Part shown: piece after piece, positions 49,229 through 57,035 of the stretch
Layout of the letters: every line of letters begins with the position of its first letter
Position numbering within the stretch: position 1 is the first letter of the stretch
Sequence record: SRR20825006_1103
Direction: 5' to 3' (one strand)
DNA length: 58,133 nucleotides
The notes under the pieces: generated by a model
Database searches by the model: none
What the model was told of the DNA's origin: nothing
What the model saw: only the letters and a program-made list of their open reading frames with translations
Position numbers and translations under genes: made by a program

Positions 49229-49259
49229 TACAACATGTTTCCGGCAAGGAGGATTGGTT

Positions 49260-50537
49260 ATGGCGAACATTGTAATTCTCGGCGCGGGCCTAGGCGGATT
49301 GATCGCCGCCTACGAAATCAAAAAGACCCTCGGGCGGGACCATCAGGTTTCGATCATCAGCGAAACGGACTACTACCAGTTCCAACCTTCCAATCCCTGG
49401 GTGATGGTAGGCTGGCGGGATCGCAAGGACATCACGGTCGACTTGGCAAAACCCCTCCGCAAGCGAAACGTCAACTTGATTGTCGGCAGGGCAGAAAAAG
49501 TTGATCCCGCGAACAAATGCGTGCGTATGCCGGATGGGTCGCAGGTAGAATACGACTATCTGGTCATAGCCACGGGCCCCGAACTCGCCTTCGATGATGT
49601 CGAAGGCCTGGGCCCGAACGGCCACACTCAATCGGTCTGCCACATCGACCATGCCGAAGCAGGAGCCTCGGCCTTTGAGGCGTTTTGCAAGAATCCGGGC
49701 CCAATCGTGATTGGAGCGGCACAAGGGGCTTCCTGTTTCGGGCCAGCCTATGAAACCGCGATGATCATTGAGACCGAACTGCGCAAACGCAAGATTCGCG
49801 ATCAAGTGCCGATCACCTTTATCACCCCCGAACCCTATATCGGTCACCTCGGCCTCGATGGTGTGGGCGATACCAAAGGTCTGCTCGAAAGCGAGATGCG
49901 CAATCGCCATATCAAATGGATAACCAACGCCAGAGTTCTTGGCGCCGAAGCCGACATGGTACGTGTTGAGGAGTTGAACGAAGATGGCTCTGTCAAGCAA
50001 ACGCATGAACTGCCGACCCGGTACACTATGCTCATGCCACCTTTCAGGGGGGTCGAAGCCGTGCGTGATGTCGAGGGCTTGGTGAACCCCAAGGGTTTCG
50101 TGATTACGGACGACTTCCAGCGTAATCCAGAATGGCCGGATATCTTTGGTATCGGCGTCTGCATCGCGATTCCGCCCATGGGGAAAACGCCCGTGCCAGT
50201 TGGCGTACCCAAAACAGGCTTCATGATCGAATCCATGGTGGAAGCAACCGCCCGCAACATCGCGCAGCTTATCGAAGGAACCCAGCCAACACACAAGGCG
50301 AGCTGGAATGCGATCTGTCTCGCTGACTTCGGCGATGGCGGCGTGGCGTTCGTTGCGCAGCCCCAGATCCCCCCTCGCAATGTTAACTGGTCGGCTTCCG
50401 GGGGATGGGTACACTTGGCCAAGGCGGGATTCGAAAAGTATTTCCTACACAAGCTGCGTACAGGCCAGTCTGAAACCTTCTATGAAAATGCAGCGTTGGG
50501 TCTGCTGAAGACTCATAAATTGAAAGACCATTCCTGA
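49260..50537 (+). CDS. sqr: Sulfide:quinone oxidoreductase (type I / SqrA-like)
   Basis: GAGLGG and FQPSNPW motifs, three conserved Cys (SVCH, GASCFGPAYE, AICLADFG), PVGVPKTGFMIESM. AGGAGG RBS. Confidence 0.93.
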   Translation: MANIVILGAGLGGLIAAYEIKKTLGRDHQVSIISETDYYQFQPSNPWVMVGWRDRKDITVDLAKPLRKRNVNLIVGRAEKVDPANKCVRMPDGSQVEYDYLVIATGPELAFDDVEGLGPNGHTQSVCHIDHAEAGASAFEAFCKNPGPIVIGAAQGASCFGPAYETAMIIETELRKRKIRDQVPITFITPEPYIGHLGLDGVGDTKGLLESEMRNRHIKWITNARVLGAEADMVRVEELNEDGSVKQTHELPTRYTMLMPPFRGVEAVRDVEGLVNPKGFVITDDFQRNPEWPDIFGIGVCIAIPPMGKTPVPVGVPKTGFMIESMVEATARNIAQLIEGTQPTHKASWNAICLADFGDGGVAFVAQPQIPPRNVNWSASGGWVHLAKAGFEKYFLHKLRTGQSETFYENAALGLLKTHKLKDHS

Positions 50538-50989
50538 TGCCTGATCACCAGCATATTGTTTGCACCAAATGTGGCGCCGTAAATCGTGCGCCCATAGGGA
50601 GTAGCTTGGCGAGAGGCCATTGTGGATCGTGCAAGGGTGACCTTGCGAGCGATGCTCCCGTCGAGATCAACACGAAGATTCTCAACCGACTCATGTCCCG
50701 TGACGAAGGCAGTTTTCTCCTGGATGTATGGGCCCCTTGGTGTGGACCGTGTCGGATGATGGCGCCTTCATTTGCTGAGGCCGCAAAGCACTTTGATGGC
50801 AATCTTCGCTTCTTCAAACTCAACACGGAAGCCCATCCGGAAGGTGGAGCCGCTTTGAATGTTCGCGGCATTCCTGCCCTCCTGTTGTTCCAGGACGGCA
50901 GCGTGATTGATCAGCGGTCTGGTGTAATGACTGCGCCCACAATCATCCAGTGGGTGAATAGCCTGAATATTCTGAAAACCAGCGCCTGA
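50537..50989 (+). CDS. trxC: Thioredoxin 2 with N-terminal Zn site
   Basis: CTKC...CGSC zinc motifs and WAPWCGPC active site. TGATG coupling to sqr. Confidence 0.9.
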   Translation: MPDHQHIVCTKCGAVNRAPIGSSLARGHCGSCKGDLASDAPVEINTKILNRLMSRDEGSFLLDVWAPWCGPCRMMAPSFAEAAKHFDGNLRFFKLNTEAHPEGGAALNVRGIPALLLFQDGSVIDQRSGVMTAPTIIQWVNSLNILKTSA

Positions 50990-51014
50990 CAGTATCTGAC
51001 GAAAGGAAACAGAT

Positions 51015-51218
51015 ATGAATCTTGATCGTGCCGTACTCGCCTTTGCCGGATTGGTCGTTCTGATCAGCCTCGCATTGGGATACTGGGTATCCCCCTATTG
51101 GTTCCTGCTGACTGCTTTTGCGGGGCTTAACATGTTTCAGGCCGCCTTTACCGGTTTTTGTCCGGCTGCACTGGTCTTCAAGGCTATCGGCATACGGAGC
51201 GGCAACGCCTTCAAATAA
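51015..51218 (+). CDS. DUF2892 (YgaP-like membrane domain) protein
   Basis: DR.V..FAG...W.LLT.FAG.N.FQAAFTGFCPA signature. AAGGA RBS. Confidence 0.88.
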   Translation: MNLDRAVLAFAGLVVLISLALGYWVSPYWFLLTAFAGLNMFQAAFTGFCPAALVFKAIGIRSGNAFK

Positions 51219-51291
51219 CGTCTGAGAGATTTGAGTTCGACCTTGGGTCAACAGCACATCACAAGGGCGACGTCCGCCGCCAGCTATCGCA

Positions 51292-51930
51292 CTAAGCTTG
51301 ATGGCTCATCGCTTGTCGCAAACTGAAGGCCAACATGGAAGCCGTCTGCCGAAGGATCTCGCCTTCATCAATCGACGGTTCGTCAAACACCATCTCGACT
51401 ACTGCATACCCGATCTCAACACTCAGCCTCGCTGATGGCAGGATACGTCCATGATCAAGATCAGGTCGTGTTTTGATTATCCGTTCCGCCAACAATCGCG
51501 CAACATGTCGGTGAGACTCAACCCTGACACCCGCCAATACAGGCGTGGCATGCATGGACCGCATAATCCACGCGCCTGCTTTGGTCTGTCGAGTTACCCG
51601 TATTGTCTCGAAGAGTAGCGTTTCGATTTCGGCCTCAAGATTGCTCAAGTCACCTGCGTCGAGGCTCCAATTCTCCATCAAAATATTCTGCTGAGCCATC
51701 AGTCGCTCGCCCAGTTCTTTCAGGACCGAATATTTGTTCGGGAAGTAGCGGTACAATGCCGGCGGCGTGAGTTCAGCTCGTCTACAGATCATGTTTGTCG
51801 AGAGCTTCTCGAACCCGACCTCCTCAATCAAGTCAGCCGCGGCGATCAAAATCTGCTCAAGCGTGTCTCGACTTCGCTGCTGGTTAGGCGCGGATCGTCT
51901 TGTGGTGTTGGGTTCGATTTTCGTTGTCAT
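51292..51930 (-). CDS. TetR/AcrR family transcriptional regulator
   Basis: PNQQRSR...ILIAA..LI.EVGF..LSTN.I.RRA....ALYRYFPNK helix-turn-helix. Confidence 0.92.
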   Translation of the reverse strand: MTTKIEPNTTRRSAPNQQRSRDTLEQILIAAADLIEEVGFEKLSTNMICRRAELTPPALYRYFPNKYSVLKELGERLMAQQNILMENWSLDAGDLSNLEAEIETLLFETIRVTRQTKAGAWIMRSMHATPVLAGVRVESHRHVARLLAERIIKTRPDLDHGRILPSARLSVEIGYAVVEMVFDEPSIDEGEILRQTASMLAFSLRQAMSHQA

Positions 51931-51947
51931 CACTCAAACGTACTTCA

Positions 51948-51981
51948 TTGACAGTTCAAGGGCGGCTGCCTATCGATAGTC
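51948..51981 (+). promoter_or_regulatory. Candidate sigma70 promoter with palindromic operator over the -10
   Basis: TTGACA (51948-51953), 17-bp spacer, then TATCGA, which lies inside the palindrome CTATCGATAG (51970-51979). Confidence 0.5.
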
Positions 51982-52010
51982 ATCGCTACCATTTTTGGGA
52001 GGTTGGCGCA

Positions 52011-53441
52011 ATGGGAGTATCCAGACGGATAGTGGTTCAAGCTGGCCTTGGACTCACGGCAGTATCTGCCGTTCCAATAGTTCAACACGTAGCGTGGGGC
52101 ACGAGAGACTATGTCCGCGAAGACTACGCTCCAGATTATCCTGAGCCACCTATTGGCGAAGAGAGTTGGAGGAACTGGTCAGGCGCGCAAACTGCTACGC
52201 CCAAACAGTTTCGGTCTCCAGCGTCAGCTGCCGAACTTTCAGAAATCATCCGAACTACGCCAGGACACATCCGCCCAAGAGGCAGCGGCCATTCTTTTTC
52301 GGGGCTCGTACCCAGTGAAGGAGTTATTCTGGATGTTGGGCAGCTCGCCGGCTTGAAGGCCTATGACCCTGTAACTCAGCGCGCGACCTTTGGCGCTGGA
52401 ACCGTTCTGTTTCAGGCAGCATCCCAATTGAATGAGATTGATCGGGCCTTTCCAAACCTTCCCGACATTGTCGACCAAACACTCGCGGGATCCTTCTCGA
52501 CCGCCACCCACGGCACAGGCCAAACCCTGACCGCACTTCATGACTACATCCACTCCTTCAAACTGGTAACTGCCGACGGCAGTCTGTTGGACGTCACGGC
52601 CGATTCCAACCCCGATCTGTTTTCTGCGGGCAAAGTCTCTCTCGGTGCGCTGGGCGTGATCAGCGAGTACACGGTTGAGACCATCCCCTCCTTCAATCTG
52701 AGGCGTATCGTCAGTGCAGAACCCATAGATGCCGTACTCGATGACGCTTTTTCCCGTGCCAGCTCATATCGAAATTTCGAATTCTATTATCTTCCAGGTA
52801 CGGGACTCGCTGCCAGTATCACTCACGATCTGCATCGCGGAGAGACGACCGGTCTGGAACCTTCCAACGATGACGATGAAATGTTGGAGGGCCTTAAACA
52901 GTTACGGAATGAATTCGGGTGGTGGCCCTGGCTCCGTAAACGCATTGCGCAATCTGCTCTTCCCAGCGGCACGATTGAAGATGTCAGTGATGCCTCCCTC
53001 CAGCTCCTGGCCACGACCCGCCCGATAAAGTTCAACGAAATGGAGTATCACCTCCCTGGGGACGATGGTCTCAAGGCCTTGAGGCAGATCATCAAAATGA
53101 TGGATCAGCGAAAGCACGTCTTCTTTCCCATGGAGGTCCGGTTTACCGCTCCCGACGATGCCTGGCTTAGCCCGTTCCTTGGTGGCCCCCGAATATCCAT
53201 CGCGATCCATGCGGCAGTCGACGAAGCCTATGATTATTTCTTCAGCGAGTTCGAACCAGTTTTCAAAATGTATGGCGGCCGCCCCCATTGGGGCAAACAC
53301 CACAGCCTGCAACGCAAAGATTTGGAAGCTCTCTATCCGGACTTTACCAAGTTCGCAGACTTGCGCCGTTCGCTCGATCCGACTGGAAAATTCCTGAACC
53401 CCCATCTCGCCGATGTGTTTGGAGTTCCCTTCAATGCCTGA
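52011..53441 (+). CDS. Tat-exported FAD-linked oxidoreductase (ALO/gulonolactone oxidase family), SphC-like
   Basis: SRRIVV twin-arginine signal, WRNWSG, RGSGHSF (covalent-FAD His), STATHGTG, FNEMEY and GGRPHWGK. GGAGG RBS. Confidence 0.85.
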   Translation: MGVSRRIVVQAGLGLTAVSAVPIVQHVAWGTRDYVREDYAPDYPEPPIGEESWRNWSGAQTATPKQFRSPASAAELSEIIRTTPGHIRPRGSGHSFSGLVPSEGVILDVGQLAGLKAYDPVTQRATFGAGTVLFQAASQLNEIDRAFPNLPDIVDQTLAGSFSTATHGTGQTLTALHDYIHSFKLVTADGSLLDVTADSNPDLFSAGKVSLGALGVISEYTVETIPSFNLRRIVSAEPIDAVLDDAFSRASSYRNFEFYYLPGTGLAASITHDLHRGETTGLEPSNDDDEMLEGLKQLRNEFGWWPWLRKRIAQSALPSGTIEDVSDASLQLLATTRPIKFNEMEYHLPGDDGLKALRQIIKMMDQRKHVFFPMEVRFTAPDDAWLSPFLGGPRISIAIHAAVDEAYDYFFSEFEPVFKMYGGRPHWGKHHSLQRKDLEALYPDFTKFADLRRSLDPTGKFLNPHLADVFGVPFNA

Positions 53442-54714
53442 ACTTAGCAGAAGGACACTCTTGATCGGAGGAACAGCTTTAGCAGGAGTAGCAACTCTCA
53501 TGTCGAAACCCAGTGACAAGAGCGGACCAAGAGATCCTTATTTCTTGCAAATGCAAAAAGCTCTCACCGATGCAGGGATCGCAACACCGACCCTGGTGAT
53601 CGATCGCGCACGGCTCAACGCCAATATTGATACGCTGAAACACCACCTGCCCCAGGGCATGGGATATCGTATTGTCGCCAAGTCCCTGCCATCGCTTCGA
53701 TTGATTGACCATATTCGCAAGCGAACCGACACGGATCGGTTGATGACATTCAATTTACCCATGCTGCTGGCACTGAGCACGGAAATGCCCGAAGCCAGCC
53801 AGTTGCTTGGCAAGCCCCTGCCCGTTCAGGCTGCGCGCCAATATTTTCACAAACTACCGCCCGAGCGTTCTGATGCGGCAGGCTGCGTCCAATGGCTCAT
53901 AGATACTCCGAAGCGACTTGAGCAGTACCAGGATCTCGCAAAGGATGTTGGTCGCACCCTGAATATTAATCTGGAACTGGATGTGGGACTCCACAGGGGC
54001 GGCTTCGAACCAGGTTCGGAGTTGGGGGCCGTGTTGCACGAAATAGAACTGGATCCGAATTTGGAATTTGCGGGTTTCATGGGTTACGAACCGCATATTC
54101 CCAGCCTGCCCACAAGCTTGGGCTGGCGCGACAAGGCGCTCGCAGGAGCTTGGCGTTCATACAGGGCGGCGCTTGATCAAGCCGCTGAGGTGTTTGGCAA
54201 GGAAGCCATAGAGCATATCACCCGAAACGCAGCAGGCAGTCCGACCTATCGCTACTACGAGGACACTTCGATTGCGAATGAAGTCTCTGCAGGGTCGTGC
54301 CTGATGAAGCCAACGCATTTTGACACTGAATTGTTGGAGCCCCATACGCCCGCGAGCTTCATTGCAACACCGGTCATCAAATCTGTCGCCAGAACACGAA
54401 TGCCCGGCCTCGAGTTCGCCGACAACACCAAACGGGCGTGGGATCCGAACTACAGCAAGACCATATTCATTTATGGAGGCCACTGGCTCGCCGACCCGGT
54501 TGATCCCCCCGGCCTGGAATACAATTCGACGTTCGGACGCTCCTCCAACCAGGAAATGCTGAATGGTGGGCCGGAGCTGCAAATCGCGCCAGACGAGTTC
54601 GTATTTCTTCGTCCGCACCAGAGCGAAGCAGTCTTCCTGCAATTCGGGGATATCGCCGTTTACGAAGACGGAGAAATTGTGGACTCCTGGCCCGTCTTTG
54701 AGGCTTCAGCTTAG
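53434..54714 (+). CDS. Tat-exported PLP fold-III enzyme (DSD1/D-threonine aldolase-like), SphD-like
   Basis: SRRTLL twin-arginine signal, TPTLVID, RIVAKS (PLP Lys), ELDVGLHRGG, GFMGYEPH, AGSPT and RPHQSE. Confidence 0.82.
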   Translation: MPELSRRTLLIGGTALAGVATLMSKPSDKSGPRDPYFLQMQKALTDAGIATPTLVIDRARLNANIDTLKHHLPQGMGYRIVAKSLPSLRLIDHIRKRTDTDRLMTFNLPMLLALSTEMPEASQLLGKPLPVQAARQYFHKLPPERSDAAGCVQWLIDTPKRLEQYQDLAKDVGRTLNINLELDVGLHRGGFEPGSELGAVLHEIELDPNLEFAGFMGYEPHIPSLPTSLGWRDKALAGAWRSYRAALDQAAEVFGKEAIEHITRNAAGSPTYRYYEDTSIANEVSAGSCLMKPTHFDTELLEPHTPASFIATPVIKSVARTRMPGLEFADNTKRAWDPNYSKTIFIYGGHWLADPVDPPGLEYNSTFGRSSNQEMLNGGPELQIAPDEFVFLRPHQSEAVFLQFGDIAVYEDGEIVDSWPVFEASA

Positions 54715-54947
54715 ACTGTTTCATCAGTATCTTCAGCCAGGAGCGCGAGACTGCTCCGCAACGCCTCGTCCGCTTCGGCCAGACCGTTGCGGGGCATCAT
54801 GGCAACTTCCAGAGATCGGGTACGCAGGGCGACCTGGATCACGCCGCGTCTGTCGAGATCTTTGAAGCGGGTCGGGACACGCCGGACATAGTGACACCAA
54901 CCGCTGCGATCCTTCAGAAATCTTGATCCAAGTGAGAAATGCTTCAT
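54711..54947 (-). pseudogene. Truncated integrase N-terminal fragment (DUF6538-like)
   Basis: RSGW.HYVRRVP......D....I..ALRT.S...A pattern of integrase N-termini. Stops after 78 aa with no catalytic domain. Confidence 0.7.
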
Positions 54948-55086
54948 CGCCGTTTGTTGTGCAACGAGTTTGCATTTTGCGGGGCAAATTGTAGTGCACG
55001 ATCAGCGAAAACGCCTGGAGCGCCTGAGCTTTCCCAAGTATTTTCAATGATTTCAAAGGAGGTGTCAGGCGTCACCCTGAAAGAAA

Positions 55087-55100
55087 TGGCGCGAGTGACG
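55087..55100 (-). mobile_element. att site: 14-nt copy of a tRNA-Asp 3' end
   Basis: Minus strand reads CGTCACTCGCGCCA, the 3' end I recall for alphaproteobacterial tRNA-Asp, with no TTC loop upstream. It lies 140 bp upstream of the integrase remnant and is flanked by IHF-like TTTCAATnnnTT sites. Confidence 0.7.
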
Positions 55101-55359
55101 TGCCACATTCCATATTTTTTATCCATATTTTTCAATCACTTACGGGAAGTGTAATCGATTCTTGGTCCTCAGCTCGGTCTGATTTTGGTCCACAGTTTTG
55201 TAGACCGCTTGAGTTCGACGCCGCTCACCGGCACCGATAGCCATAGTTAACGCGGATTGTACTCCCTGCCAAATCAAGCTTGATCTATAGAACTAGATTT
55301 CACCGCTAACTACAATGCACAGAGCGCCGAAACTCAACACATCATACTAACGTCAACAC

Positions 55360-56982
55360 CTAGCGCTCGACCGATATCCGCATCATGCCCAGCAATCCTC
55401 CAAGAACGATATCGCCGCCCGGCAGGAGGTGAATGACAGAGTAAGCGCCATTGTAAATGTGGCTATCACCAAGGCGAAGCCGTGTAACGGCTTCACCCGT
55501 CTCCCAATCAAGACCTGTGACCTCCCATTTTCCGTCTACGAAACCATTGACATAGACCTGTTGGGCGCCGCCAGAAATCATGGGGACGGTTGATGGGCTC
55601 GATACAGTGGGATTTGCCCAGGCACGCACCCAGCGGTCAGCTTCAACGTCCCATTCAAACTTTTCAGCACCCGTCGGTCCTTTGCGTAGTCTACCAGACA
55701 TGACAACATTCTCCAGCATTGTTGGCAATGGCGATGGCAATGTGTTGTTTACCACCAAGGCACCGTAGCCATATACCGCAACGGATTGCTCAGACTGGGC
55801 GCGCTCAAGGTCAGACTTTCCGAAACTAACCTGAATCTGGTCGGCAATTCGACGCGATTTGGTCCCTGGCTTCTGGACGAAATCCTCTGGAATATCGTCG
55901 CGCCAGAAGGCGACGACATTCATAATCAACTCTCCGTCCGTGATGACAACAAGTTTGTCTTCCTCGTCTCCGAAGCCCATAAGTGAGGGCGTAGAGCCTG
56001 ATCCGTTGCCGAGACTCACGCCGCCAAGTTTGCCGGTGAAGGAATCGTATTCTGATGACCACGCGCCATACCCTCTAGAGTGAAGTGTTTCCCCGTCCCA
56101 AACCAGTTTATGGAGCCTCCTATTTGAGAGAACATAAATGCCACCACCCTCATCAATGGCGATCGAGTTCGTAACCTGCTCATCGTCAGCCAACTCATGA
56201 ATGATCGGTGCCTGTTCAAAATTTCGGTCTACGATGACGACAACGCCGCCCATCGTCACCAGCGCCAGCATGCCATCATAAGTCAGATTCAATCCGAACA
56301 CAGCATCAGGGTCTTCCAGTGTTGGATTGAAATATTCGCGCGGCAGCTGAAAGCGGCGCTTTTCCACCAGTGGTGACAGCGGATTGCCGGGTTCGGCATC
56401 ACCATAAACGACGACATCGTTGTTGACGACAGTGTAGAAGTCACCATTGCGGTCGACGACATTATAGATTGCTGCTCTGGCGACGACCCGCTCAACATAA
56501 CGTGGATAGTTCCGATTGAGATAGCCAAGCAGTTCAGCTTCTGAGGCCGTACTATCCATTTCGACGGCGATACGTTCAGCATCCTCGACAGACATGAAGG
56601 GTTGACCTTCCACAGGCAGAGCATTGATCAGTTGAAACTTGCCATCGCTAATCAGGATTTTGGAGATACGATTATTGTTGGCGGAGATGGCCACCTGCTC
56701 ACCTGAAGGATAAGTTGGTAATTGCATAAGCGTGAGGTTCACCAACCCTGCCGGGACCCTTTGAATACCCTCATCATCAATCTCGTGAATACCGACCGGC
56801 CCAGCAAACGGAAGGGAATCCTGTTGAGCCGGATTAAAATGCGTGGTGGCAAGCTCGCTGTCCACCAGATTTGGGTTCATTGGAGGAAACTCCGGACCCG
56901 ACGCATCAAAGACTGGGATAGTGGAGCATGCACCAAGCACGGCTACGATTGCGACTGCAGCAGCAGCGATATGAGGTTTCAT
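55360..56982 (-). CDS. Uncharacterised lipoprotein (probable beta-propeller)
   Basis: 540-aa ORF with lipobox VLGAC, GGGAGA RBS, beta-rich repeats and a GSGSTPSLMG...VVITDG motif. Confidence 0.7.
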   Translation of the reverse strand: MKPHIAAAAVAIVAVLGACSTIPVFDASGPEFPPMNPNLVDSELATTHFNPAQQDSLPFAGPVGIHEIDDEGIQRVPAGLVNLTLMQLPTYPSGEQVAISANNNRISKILISDGKFQLINALPVEGQPFMSVEDAERIAVEMDSTASEAELLGYLNRNYPRYVERVVARAAIYNVVDRNGDFYTVVNNDVVVYGDAEPGNPLSPLVEKRRFQLPREYFNPTLEDPDAVFGLNLTYDGMLALVTMGGVVVIVDRNFEQAPIIHELADDEQVTNSIAIDEGGGIYVLSNRRLHKLVWDGETLHSRGYGAWSSEYDSFTGKLGGVSLGNGSGSTPSLMGFGDEEDKLVVITDGELIMNVVAFWRDDIPEDFVQKPGTKSRRIADQIQVSFGKSDLERAQSEQSVAVYGYGALVVNNTLPSPLPTMLENVVMSGRLRKGPTGAEKFEWDVEADRWVRAWANPTVSSPSTVPMISGGAQQVYVNGFVDGKWEVTGLDWETGEAVTRLRLGDSHIYNGAYSVIHLLPGGDIVLGGLLGMMRISVER

Positions 56983-57035
56983 TTGTTGTCTCCCAGAGTG
57001 ACAGATTTGTACTGGTTTAGCGAATTGTCAGAATA

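Noticed and set aside
49290-50414. Long antisense ORFs (374 aa here; also 26734-27819, 12798-13733, 22580-23515 and others)
   Set aside because: They shadow well-supported genes on the opposite strand, lack recognisable motifs, and are expected from GC-rich codon bias.
51238-51251. Fnr-like site TCGACCTTGGGTCAA after DUF2892
   Set aside because: The spacing is wrong (5-nt spacer) and it lies between convergent genes.
54939-55154. Short ORFs across the att region (71 aa plus strand, 63 aa minus strand)
   Set aside because: They span AT-rich attachment-site DNA and have no RBS or motif.
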